The position numbers and the translations under genes were made by a program. A stretch of 64,000 bases of DNA, taken from Escherichia coli (GTDB lineage Bacteria; Pseudomonadota; Gammaproteobacteria; Enterobacterales; Enterobacteriaceae). Shown one piece after another: positions 1-7,345 of this stretch. The stretch lies in NCBI RefSeq assembly GCF_003334765.1, contig NZ_QOWT01000022.1; one strand, written 5' to 3'. The notes under the pieces are model-generated. The model saw only the letters and a list, made by a program, of their open reading frames with translations. It searched no databases and had not been told where the DNA came from. Each line of letters opens with the position of its first letter. Positions within the stretch are counted from its first letter, which is position 1.

Positions 1-1325
1 ATCCCGCCATCTGCGAATCCCTCAATATTTCTTATTGCATCCCCCTGTGAAGATAATAATTGTCGCCCGGCATCCACTCCACGTCCGTCATCCCAGCCAC
101 GAATAAATTCACCGCGTAAATCAGGCAATTTATTTGTCGGATAAACCTTTGCCAGTTCCGGGTATTCTTCAGCAGAAAAAGCCGCACCATTGCATTTTAG
201 CCAGCCTGTTGGCGGAGTGGCGGAAGGCCACGGGACAGGCACACCAACGGGTAATGCCGAACCTTCTCCCAAACCAAGGTATGTGAGAAGACCAGCTACA
301 TCCTTTCCACTCAAATTAGTCAGCGTATTGTCCAGCGGTTGTTTACCTGCCAGCGCATTAAGCATTGTCGTGGCAAAGTTCGGATCATTCCCCAGTGCCG
401 CCGCCAGTTCGTTCAGTGTATCCAGTGCCGCAGGTGCAGAACCCACCATTGCCGCAATCGCCGATTTCACAAAAGCCGTAGTGGCAATCTGTGTATTGTT
501 GACCGACTGCGCCGCCGTGGGGGCTGTTGGCGTTCCGGTGAGTGCCGGATTCGACAGCGGCGCTTTCAGTGCCAGCGCATTGTTAATGGTGGTACTGAAT
601 TTCGGGTCATTGTTAATGGCTGCGGCTATTTCTTTCAGCGTGTCCAGCGTGGCTGGCGCACCATTAATCAGGGCCGTCAGTGCCGCCTGAACAAATGCGG
701 TGGTCGCAAGCTGAGTGGTATTATTCCCCGCCGCTGGCGTTGGCGCTTTGGGGGTTCCGGTAAATGTCGGACTTTCTTTGGGTGCATACTGTGAATGCGG
801 GTCCAGTGCGGCAAGATGTTTTGCTATCAGGTCATCCACGTACACCTTCAGCTCCAGTGCCTTGTCATCCACATACTTGCGGGTTGCCAGCACTACAGCA
901 GGGTCGATTTTCAGGATGATATTGCCCGTACTGCTGGTAATCAGCACCATGCGCACGGTCTGGGTACGCCCACTGCCTTCAGCCAGTTGCGGCTTATAGC
1001 TTTCCGGGCAGTTACCCACGGCAATCAATGCCCCGGACTCATCAAACAAGCCCACTTCACGTATCCACCAACCGCCCTCGTTTTCAGGGATCACCTGTTC
1101 AGCAATAATCTGGCTGCTGTTCTGCGGGTCGATATAGAGCATATTCAGCGCAGCCCGGCGTTTCTCATTTACCAGTGCTGTCTGCTTTGCGTCCGGCGTT
1201 GGTAATGTTCCGCCGCCATCGCCGACCGCCATATGGGTAATTTTTAAAGGCACACCGAGCGCGGCGGCGCTGGCAAGTTTCGCCGCGCCAATATCCGTCA
1301 GCAGGGTATAAAATTTTGTGCTCAT
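1..1325 (-). CDS. H: Tail fiber protein (P2 gpH-like). The N-terminal 441 codons are in the window; the C-terminus runs off the left edge.
   Basis: I translated the minus strand from the ATG at 1325 (ATGA overlap with the stop of I). It is open to position 1. The product starts MSTKFYTLLTDIGAAKLASAAALGVPLKITHMAVGDGGG, a P2 H-like N-terminus. It contains tail-fibre repeats and a tail-collar-like segment (PVGVPVPWPSATPPTGWLKCNGAAFSAEEYPELAKVY...LPDLRGEFIRGWDDGRGVD). The ORF track omits it because it is open-ended. Confidence 0.85.
   Translation of the reverse strand, partial: MSTKFYTLLTDIGAAKLASAAALGVPLKITHMAVGDGGGTLPTPDAKQTALVNEKRRAALNMLYIDPQNSSQIIAEQVIPENEGGWWIREVGLFDESGALIAVGNCPESYKPQLAEGSGRTQTVRMVLITSSTGNIILKIDPAVVLATRKYVDDKALELKVYVDDLIAKHLAALDPHSQYAPKESPTFTGTPKAPTPAAGNNTTQLATTAFVQAALTALINGAPATLDTLKEIAAAINNDPKFSTTINNALALKAPLSNPALTGTPTAPTAAQSVNNTQIATTAFVKSAIAAMVGSAPAALDTLNELAAALGNDPNFATTMLNALAGKQPLDNTLTNLSGKDVAGLLTYLGLGEGSALPVGVPVPWPSATPPTGWLKCNGAAFSAEEYPELAKVYPTNKLPDLRGEFIRGWDDGRGVDAGRQLLSSQGDAIRNIEGFADGG
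333..770 (-). repeat. Two tandem ~73-aa tail-fibre repeat units inside H.
   Basis: The units are aa ~186-258 (PTFTGTPKAPTPAAGNNTTQLATTAFVQAALTALINGAPATLDTLKEIAAAINNDPKFSTTINNALALKAP) and aa ~259-331 (ALTGTPTAPTAAQSVNNTQIATTAFVKSAIAAMVGSAPAALDTLNELAAALGNDPNFATTMLNALAGKQP). They also explain the repetitive plus-strand shadow ORFs at 190-794. Confidence 0.7.
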
Positions 1326-1927
1326 GGATTCACTCTCATTGTGTCAATAACATGGACCGCCCCGCCTTCATGCGCGGTGCCGCCGGAAATAATTGTTTCG
1401 TTGATATACGGATAGATCGTGATTTCTTCGCCAAGATAACTGGCGGCTCCCACCCAATGCGGGCCGCTGGTCTGCAGATTGATGGACATGCCGATCATGT
1501 GACGGCTACATGGTTTGGCATCGCTTATCAGTCGCTCAAGTTCCAGATAGGTATCTTCAGTGATGCCCTGATCCTGCACGCCGATATCCAGGCGAAACGT
1601 GCCTGGTGTTTCTCCGGTCTGCCACCACTCAATAATGCGGATCAGAAAGCCGAACGGCTCCACCACCCGCCGCACGGCACTGGTGGTTCCTTTATGCTGA
1701 TGAATATAAAAAGCATCCTTCACCACCTGGCGTTTGACACTTTCCGTCCAGTCCTCGTCCCAGCGATCCACAGAGAACGCCCAGGCGAGATAAGGCAGGA
1801 AACTGACCGGACAGGTCGTTGGATTCCACAAGTCACGCAGCGGCACCTGCAAATCAGAAATCCCGCTGCAGGTTTGCGCCAGTCGGCGCTCCAGTGAAGT
1901 TGAACCCGGTGGCAGCAGACTATTCAT
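1322..1927 (-). CDS. I: Tail protein I (P2 gpI-like baseplate/tail fiber attachment protein).
   Basis: 201-aa ORF (MNSLLPPGSTSLERRLAQ...FLPYLAWAFSVDRWDEDW), typical of the gpI family. It is synteny-locked between J and H, with overlapping stop/start signals on both sides. Confidence 0.85.
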   Translation of the reverse strand: MNSLLPPGSTSLERRLAQTCSGISDLQVPLRDLWNPTTCPVSFLPYLAWAFSVDRWDEDWTESVKRQVVKDAFYIHQHKGTTSAVRRVVEPFGFLIRIIEWWQTGETPGTFRLDIGVQDQGITEDTYLELERLISDAKPCSRHMIGMSINLQTSGPHWVGAASYLGEEITIYPYINETIISGGTAHEGGAVHVIDTMRVNP

Positions 1928-2828
1928 CCGTTCCTCCGTTGGTTACGCTCCACTGCGTACATGATGCCGCCTGTGTTTTGTTCAGGACCACATCCGCCAG
2001 CGGCGAAGCCAGCTCCACACGCTGCACACCCTCAACATGCAGGGCGGCAAAGATGGCGCTACGGCGAATATCCCGGCCAAGACGCGTCTGACTGGCGATG
2101 TACTTCTGCAGACTGGCTTTTGCCGCTGCCATTACCGGCTCTGCTTCCGGTCCCGGATAGAGAAAAATGGTGGCTTCCACGCGGTACGGGATGATTTCTG
2201 CGCTGCGAACCGTCAGACGGTCAGCCACCGGGCGGACGTTCTCACTGTTCAGGGCTTTCTCCACCACATCCAGCAAGTCTTTTTCTGCTGTTCCATCGCC
2301 TTCGCGGCTAAGGACAGTCAGCACCACCTCTGCAGGTGCCGGACTGGTTGCACTGGCATCCGCCACCCGACCGTCGGCGCTTCGGGCATGAAATTCATAA
2401 GCTGCAGTTGGCCCCGCAACTGAAAGCCCTTCAAAGGCTGCAGGCACACGCAGGCGTAACGCTTCATCGCTTTCCATCACAGCTGCAACGGGCGGCACAG
2501 CGTCATCATCAGCAGGCGTCACCGTCAGGCGTTTCACGTTGTAGTTGGCAGCGAGCTGGTCAAGATCGCCGCCCATCGCATAAGCCACCATCACCGCCTG
2601 CGCGGCTTCGTTAATGCGCTGGCGCAGAAGCAACTCACGGTAAGCGTTCTCCTGCAACAATTTGGTGACGGGTTCAGATTCCAGTTCCAGCGTGCGGATC
2701 ACTGCTTCCTGCTCATCTTTCGGATGAAGCGCCACAAATTCTGCCTTGCGTTCGGCAAGCAGCGTCTCAAAGTCCGGCACATCCACAATCTGCGGCGCAG
2801 GCAACTGCGAAAGGTCAATCACTGCCAT
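1920..2828 (-). CDS. J: Baseplate assembly protein J (P2 gpJ-like).
   Basis: Starting from MAVIDLSQLPAPQIVDVPDFETLLAERKAEF, the protein is colinear with my recollection of P2 gpJ through ...HVEGVQRVELASPLADVVLN...GGTDE. The upstream ATG at 2867 was rejected as an extension. 302 aa. Confidence 0.9.
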   Translation of the reverse strand: MAVIDLSQLPAPQIVDVPDFETLLAERKAEFVALHPKDEQEAVIRTLELESEPVTKLLQENAYRELLLRQRINEAAQAVMVAYAMGGDLDQLAANYNVKRLTVTPADDDAVPPVAAVMESDEALRLRVPAAFEGLSVAGPTAAYEFHARSADGRVADASATSPAPAEVVLTVLSREGDGTAEKDLLDVVEKALNSENVRPVADRLTVRSAEIIPYRVEATIFLYPGPEAEPVMAAAKASLQKYIASQTRLGRDIRRSAIFAALHVEGVQRVELASPLADVVLNKTQAASCTQWSVTNGGTDE

Positions 2829-3174
2829 TCTCTGCTCCTGTTGATACGGAAAGGGAAACAGGCACACCGTTATTACGCCGCCCGGTCAGCTCCACCACCA
2901 TTGAACCGTCAAAATCGCTGTTGATGGTGATGGAATCCAGCGTCAGCCGTGGCTCCCAGCGACTCAGCGCCACATACACTGCCGACATGACCTGCAGGCG
3001 TAATGCCGGATTTTGTGGCTGGTCTATCAGTGCCGACAGCAGAGAACCATATTCCCGACGGGCAATACGGCTACCCTGCGGTGTCAGCAGAATGTCCCGC
3101 ACCGACTGGCGCAGATGGTCAATATCAGTAATGGCTTTGCCGCTGGTATTGTTCATCCCGCTATAAAGCGTCAT
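2815..3174 (-). CDS. W: Baseplate protein W (GPW/gp25 lysozyme-like family).
   Basis: 119-aa ORF with DIDHLRQSVRDILLTPQGSRIARREYGS, typical of gpW/gp25. Its start overlaps the V stop as ATGA. Confidence 0.85.
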   Translation of the reverse strand: MTLYSGMNNTSGKAITDIDHLRQSVRDILLTPQGSRIARREYGSLLSALIDQPQNPALRLQVMSAVYVALSRWEPRLTLDSITINSDFDGSMVVELTGRRNNGVPVSLSVSTGAENGSD

Positions 3175-3749
3175 ACCGGACCTCCGGTTGTGTCGCCGCC
3201 TTTCAGGACGCCAGTATGCTGATGCGCATCAACCACAATCCCGTTAGAGCTCATCGCTCCACCGCCCTGGGTAACGCCACCATTGATCACCACTTCGCTG
3301 TTAATACGCGTGCGGTCAGCCTCCAGCATAAACTCACTGGTTTTCAGGGTGATATTGTCAGCGGCCTCAATGACCATTGATTTGATGCCCCTGACATACC
3401 AGCGCCCGGTGGCGGGTTCGTATTCAAACCAGCCGCCGTCAGGATGTTCTGTCACGCAGGCGTCCGCCGACGTCGAAGGTGGCGCGAACTGATTCGAATA
3501 GATGGCGGGTAACGCAAAGGCGGTTTCCAGATTGCCGCCCAGACTCAGCAGCACCACCTGCTCACCTTCCGATGGTCGCCACCATGTGCGGGCATTACCC
3601 GCGCGCAGCGTCAGCCAGTTAATCCAGTTGGTTTCAAGGTCGCCCGTTTTCACCCGACAAAGCCAGTTTTCCCGGTCCACTTCGGTGACTACACCTATGC
3701 GGATCAGATTGGTGATAAGGCGCATGATTTCGGTTAGTTGTGCGTTCAT
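3171..3749 (-). CDS. V: Baseplate spike / assembly protein V (P2 gpV-like).
   Basis: From MNAQLTEIMRLITNLIRIGVVTEVD...WINWLTLRAGNARTWWRPSEGEQVVLLSLGG the protein is colinear with remembered P2 gpV. The ORF-track start at 3992 extends into AT-rich inserted DNA and was rejected. 192 aa. Confidence 0.9.
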   Translation of the reverse strand: MNAQLTEIMRLITNLIRIGVVTEVDRENWLCRVKTGDLETNWINWLTLRAGNARTWWRPSEGEQVVLLSLGGNLETAFALPAIYSNQFAPPSTSADACVTEHPDGGWFEYEPATGRWYVRGIKSMVIEAADNITLKTSEFMLEADRTRINSEVVINGGVTQGGGAMSSNGIVVDAHQHTGVLKGGDTTGGPV

Positions 3750-3852
3750 AGATATATGATGACAGCTGAAAACTTGTTTATAACTTCTTGCAAATTGTGG
3801 TATCGATGGTACAAATTGATAAAAGGATAAAAAACAACCAATAGGTGGATAA

Positions 3853-4659
3853 ATGAGTGTTATGAATCCAATAAGTTCTAATATATTTAATGCTGAATTT
3901 TTAAACACCCCGGCAGCGGCACTTGCCGCATGGATTTCCATTATTGGAGCTGTTATAACTTTGGTGACGATAGTTATAAGAGCACTATTCAAATATAGAA
4001 AATCTCATGATGTAATTTTGAAAAAATCAGGAATACCTGCGTTTATATTGAATTTTTTTCTTATACGAATATCATTAAAAAGGCTGCCTACTATCACATG
4101 GGCTGAAAAATCAATCACGGTTCTCTTTTCACTTCTTTTTTTGTGTGCAATTTATATTTTTGGTCCAGTTTTCATCCAAGCCATTAGAACCCCACCAAAT
4201 AGCACATTGCTTTATTGGATAAAATCCGGTGAATCATTTTATATGTCAAAAAAACTGGCGACTGCAGCTACAATATTAACCACTCCTGATTGGGAAATAT
4301 CAAAGGATGATTGCGAAGAGTCATCCTCTGCCAGTACAGAGAAGTACAAATCATTAACTATCGAACATAAAGAAATTCTTTGTAAACTACTAACCACTGA
4401 TGAAGGGAATGCTTACATTGATGAAGAAGTCAAGAATTTCGTTAAAGACAAATTCTTTATCTATTCCTTTGCCCCAACAACCATATTTATTCTATTATGG
4501 ATTTCTTTGGGTTTTATACTGACCATTCACTATTCTAAAAAAGTTAGGAAATATATTCTGACTGAACAAAAAAATGCAATTCATTGGGCATATGGTGAAT
4601 TCAAGACAGAAGGAATCTATTCAATATATCAAGAGTTAGAACGTAAGACTCACCATTAA
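3853..4659 (+). CDS. Hypothetical multi-pass membrane protein (268 aa), an AT-rich moron in the S/V (P2 orf30) locus.
   Basis: RBS AGGTGG lies 5 nt before the ATG. Hydrophobic segments are AALAAWISIIGAVITLVTIVI, ITVLFSLLFLCAIYIFGPVFIQAI and TTIFILLWISLGFILTI. It is on the opposite strand to the tail operon and its composition is clearly AT-rich compared with the flanks. I recognise no homology. Confidence 0.6.
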   Translation: MSVMNPISSNIFNAEFLNTPAAALAAWISIIGAVITLVTIVIRALFKYRKSHDVILKKSGIPAFILNFFLIRISLKRLPTITWAEKSITVLFSLLFLCAIYIFGPVFIQAIRTPPNSTLLYWIKSGESFYMSKKLATAATILTTPDWEISKDDCEESSSASTEKYKSLTIEHKEILCKLLTTDEGNAYIDEEVKNFVKDKFFIYSFAPTTIFILLWISLGFILTIHYSKKVRKYILTEQKNAIHWAYGEFKTEGIYSIYQELERKTHH

Positions 4660-5047
4660 GACCCAACAAACGACGCTCTGCGTAACGCACTTCCGGTCCT
4701 TTGCGGCTGACGCGATCGCGCAGGCCATAATGGTGAACGCGGGCAATGCGCTGCACCTTACCTTCAAACTGCACGCTGGCAGAATCGGCGCTGGCGGCAG
4801 TTTTCAGGTATTTGGTGGTGCGCAGCTTTGCAAACATCTGACGTTTGATGCGGCCTTTTTTACTGCGCGCCGTGACCTTGCGCGGTTCATAACTGCTGCC
4901 ATCTGGATTGCGCTGCATCCTGATATTCTGCTGCTGTGTCCGGCGCAGTTCCTGCGCCAGCTGGCGCATCATGCGGCTTCTTGCGACTGGTTCCAGATTC
5001 GCCAGTAAGGCACTAAGCCAGTCGTCCACCTTCTGCAGTTCAGCCAC
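4601..5047 (-). CDS. S: Tail completion / virion morphogenesis protein S (P2 gpS-like).
   Basis: 148 aa with ...NIRMQRNPDGSSYEPRKV...KKGRIKRQMFAKL...HHYGLRD..., colinear with remembered gpS. The last ~17 codons lie in the AT-rich insert and overlap the convergent ORF 3853-4659. Confidence 0.85.
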   Translation of the reverse strand: MAELQKVDDWLSALLANLEPVARSRMMRQLAQELRRTQQQNIRMQRNPDGSSYEPRKVTARSKKGRIKRQMFAKLRTTKYLKTAASADSASVQFEGKVQRIARVHHYGLRDRVSRKGPEVRYAERRLLGLNGESYVLTLDILNRFLLS

Positions 5048-5357
5048 GTTTCACCGTCCACATTTCTTCAGGTTCATCGGGTTCTGCTACCGCTTCAACG
5101 CTCGACACACTGCCGTCAGTGCTGACCAGCACACGTTCCGTCAGTTGCAGGTTAAGGCTGATATCACAGACATCGTTGCGCAGAATATCCACCTCAAAGG
5201 TAAATAGTTTTTCCCGTAACGCCGGGTTATTGATGGCATCGGGCTGGTTATCCCGCAGCCACAGCAAAACCGGGGCCATCAGCAGATTCTGGTCGCCGCT
5301 GAAATCCTCAATCACCACGTTCAGGGTGTAACCACGCAGCCCTACGAGTTCACTAAA
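5040..5357 (-). pseudogene. R: 5'-truncated tail completion gene R (P2 gpR-like). The N-terminal ~40 codons are deleted.
   Basis: Residues ...GYTLNVVIEDFSGDQNLLMAPVLLWLRDNQPD...ISLNLQLTERVLV match the central and C-terminal part of gpR. The upstream part of the 152-aa ORF (5358-5498) is merely the antisense of the Q fragment. Confidence 0.7.
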
Positions 5358-5906
5358 GGCAGTATCTTTCACCTGATGGAGCCGGACCTGAACCAGGAAA
5401 TTTACGGCCTGCCGGAATATCTGTCCGCCATTCCGTCCGCCTTGCTGAACGAGTCCGCTACGCTGTTCCGGCGTAAATACTACATCAATGGCAGTCATGC
5501 AGGGTTCATCATGTATATGACCGACGCCGCGCAGAACCAGGAGGACGTGAACAACATCCGCCAGGCCATGAAAAGCGCTAAAGGACCGGGCAACTTCCGC
5601 AACCTGTTTATGTATTCACCCAACGGCAAAAAGGACGGGATTCAGATAATCCCGCTGTCAGAGGTAGCGGCAAAGGATGAGTTTCTGAACATTAAGAACG
5701 TGAGCCGAGACGACATGATGGCTGCACACCGCGTTCCGCCGCAGATGATGGGGATTATGCCGAGTAATGTTGGGGGATTTGGGGATGTGGAAAAGGCGAG
5801 TAAGGTGTTTGTCCGTAACGAATTGATACCGCTGCAAAAGCGAATTAAAGAAATTAATGAATGGTTGAGTGATGAAATAATTTCTTTCCAACCATATGAA
5901 TTATAA
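5358..5906 (+). pseudogene. Q: C-terminal ~half of portal (capsid) protein Q (P2 gpQ-like). The N-terminal half is deleted.
   Basis: GSIFHLMEPDLNQEIYGLPEYLSAIPSALLNESATLFRRKYYINGSHAGFIMY...VFVRNELIPLQKRIKEINEWL is colinear with remembered P2 gpQ residues ~165-340. No Q N-terminus or P terminase gene is present upstream. Confidence 0.8.
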
Positions 5907-5907
5907 T

Positions 5908-5934
5908 AAAGTAGGGCAAATAATGCCCTACTTT
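5908..5934. terminator. Perfect 11-bp stem hairpin between the convergent 'Q and 285-aa genes.
   Basis: AAAGTAGGGCA-aataa-TGCCCTACTTT. It has A/T-rich flanks on both sides and overlaps the stop codon (5928-5930) of the minus-strand gene. Confidence 0.55.
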
Positions 5935-6785
5935 AACCAAATATTATAATCCAATCTTCCTACGTATCTTGAAAAAACAGCCAGAGCAATTGCTTGCCCT
6001 ACACTTGTTAATTCAATTCCTTGATAGTTGCTCTTTGAAAATTTTTCTAAAAATGCAGACACATGAGGGGCAACTAACTTAAGATTTGAAATATATGCAC
6101 TCTTATCTTTTATATCAGTCGGATATTTACTCATAAAATAGTCTTCAACATCCATCCCTAAAAAAGTATTCCATGAACAAGCCCCTGCATATTGAATGTG
6201 ATATATCTGGGCTTGAGACAAATTAAACCCATTAGTATACATTGATTCAAAGTTTCTAAAATTGTGCTCCAACAAATCCAATCGAACACCATTAACAGGG
6301 TCTTTGATCTCAACATTCTTGAGAAGAAAAACTATCGTTATAAGTGATATTTGTTGCTGTGTTAACTTGGGAACGACGGTAACTGCCTCCGTTAAAACTA
6401 TATCTCTAAAATCGTCATTGTTATTGGAGACTCGTTCAACTAACAACTGAGAAAGCACATCCATATTAGCTTTCTTTCCCTTCCTGGCTGATGACTTTAA
6501 TGCCTCAGTCAATGTAGCCTGAACGTCCGGATCGCAAAATTTATCAATAATCAATCTATCAACGTTTTTTGTTAAATCCGAAACGACACGCTCTTCAAAA
6601 TCTTTTGCATTCTCTTGAGCTGCAGCATAAGCAACATCTTTCAATTTTGGAAACTGATTTTCGAAGAGAATGTTGAATAGTTCTCTAACCTCGGAAAACG
6701 ACATCCCTGAAACATTTACATTATTTCCAGCTTGAATTGCATACGAATTATTACCTATTTGTTGCTTTTGCTTATCACTAAACAT
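5928..6785 (-). CDS. Hypothetical 285-aa protein (cargo locus between Q and cos), a candidate defence/Abi component.
   Basis: RBS GGAGGA lies 7 nt before the ATG at 6785 and 9 nt after the stop of the upstream 81-aa ORF. It is AT-rich. The N-terminus is KQQIGNNSYAIQAGNNVNVSG and the rest looks all-helical. I recognise no catalytic motif. Confidence 0.75.
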   Translation of the reverse strand: MFSDKQKQQIGNNSYAIQAGNNVNVSGMSFSEVRELFNILFENQFPKLKDVAYAAAQENAKDFEERVVSDLTKNVDRLIIDKFCDPDVQATLTEALKSSARKGKKANMDVLSQLLVERVSNNNDDFRDIVLTEAVTVVPKLTQQQISLITIVFLLKNVEIKDPVNGVRLDLLEHNFRNFESMYTNGFNLSQAQIYHIQYAGACSWNTFLGMDVEDYFMSKYPTDIKDKSAYISNLKLVAPHVSAFLEKFSKSNYQGIELTSVGQAIALAVFSRYVGRLDYNIWLK

Positions 6786-6794
6786 ATATCCTCC

Positions 6795-7040
6795 TTATTT
6801 TTTATCACCTGTATTTATACAATCAATTTTAATATCACCTCTAGCCTGGACAGCAGTTGAATTATCACCAACTGATTGGCTCATAGAATTATATTTATTT
6901 TTTGTAGTGATAAGTAATCCAGCTAAAGCGCTAACTGCAGCCAAAAATGCAACAATAGAATCAAAACCAGGATCCATATAAAGCCATAATCCTGCAATCG
7001 ATGCCAGCATACATGTAATGACTATTGCAAAAATTTTCAT
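6795..7040 (-). CDS. Small 2-TM membrane protein (81 aa), first gene of a two-gene cargo operon.
   Basis: RBS AGGAGA precedes the ATG at 7040. There are two hydrophobic helices (IFAIVITCMLASIAGLWLY and IVAFLAAVSALAGLLI). The polar tail SQSVGDNSTAVQARGDIKID resembles the N-terminus of the downstream protein. Confidence 0.65.
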   Translation of the reverse strand: MKIFAIVITCMLASIAGLWLYMDPGFDSIVAFLAAVSALAGLLITTKNKYNSMSQSVGDNSTAVQARGDIKIDCINTGDKK

Positions 7041-7063
7041 AAATTCTCCTTCTAATGGAAGTG

Positions 7064-7092
7064 GTTATACCGAAAACAATTTCCTTTTACAA
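7064..7092 (-). promoter_or_regulatory. Candidate sigma70 promoter for the 81-aa/285-aa operon.
   Basis: The minus strand reads TTGTAA-N17-TATAAC, ending ~24 nt upstream of the ATG at 7040. Confidence 0.35.
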
Positions 7093-7107
7093 CCACGCAC
7101 AGCGCGC

Positions 7108-7127
7108 GCTCGTATCCCCGCCACGCC
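7108..7127. other. cos-like site (cohesive-end region of a 186/P2-type phage).
   Basis: The reverse complement reads GGCGTGGCGGGGATACGAGC. As I recall them, the 186 and P2 cohesive ends begin GGCGTGGCGGGGAAAG... and GGCGAGGCGGGGAAAG.... The site is a GC-rich island between two AT-rich loci, at the expected map position next to the end of Q. Confidence 0.5.
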
Positions 7128-7215
7128 TGCCCGCTTTGTGTAGTGGTTTTCATGCACCTGCATGACATAAGTAAAAGCCCGCCAGAACTGGCGGGACTGA
7201 GCAAAAACGATCCTT

Positions 7216-7245
7216 TTGCGATCATTCATTTTCATGCGCTATAGT
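7216..7245 (+). promoter_or_regulatory. Candidate sigma70 promoter for the 3-gene operon.
   Basis: TTGCGA-N18-TATAGT. It would give a ~95-nt leader before the AAGGAG RBS and the ATG at 7346. Confidence 0.3.
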
Positions 7246-7345
7246 CATGCAACAAACGCATACGAACCATATGGTTAGATTACTCATCAAGTCAGATGGA
7301 TTTTCAGGCAGATTGCCACAGCAATTGTAAAGGAGCGAGATTGAA

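Noticed and set aside
190-1205. Plus-strand ORFs 190-690, 339-794, 715-999 and 795-1205 from the ORF track.
   Set aside because: They are antisense shadows of the open-ended tail-fibre gene H on the minus strand. Their low-complexity Ala/Ser/Gly or Arg/Cys-rich products are not protein-like.
3750-3992. N-terminal extension of V (track ORF 3171-3992, 273 aa).
   Set aside because: gpV homology begins at MNAQLTEIM (ATG 3749). The extra 81 residues are read from the AT-rich insert and overlap the start of the plus-strand membrane ORF.
1-5047. The idea that the retained tail/baseplate module is a tailocin (R-type bacteriocin) locus.
   Set aside because: R is truncated, and the lysis genes are deleted along with the head genes. 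Sheath, tube and regulator genes are outside the window, so the claim cannot be supported from this sequence.
5040-5498. 152-aa ORF taken as an intact tail completion protein R.
   Set aside because: Only the C-terminal ~105 residues resemble gpR. The first ~47 residues are the antisense reading of the Q fragment across the deletion junction.
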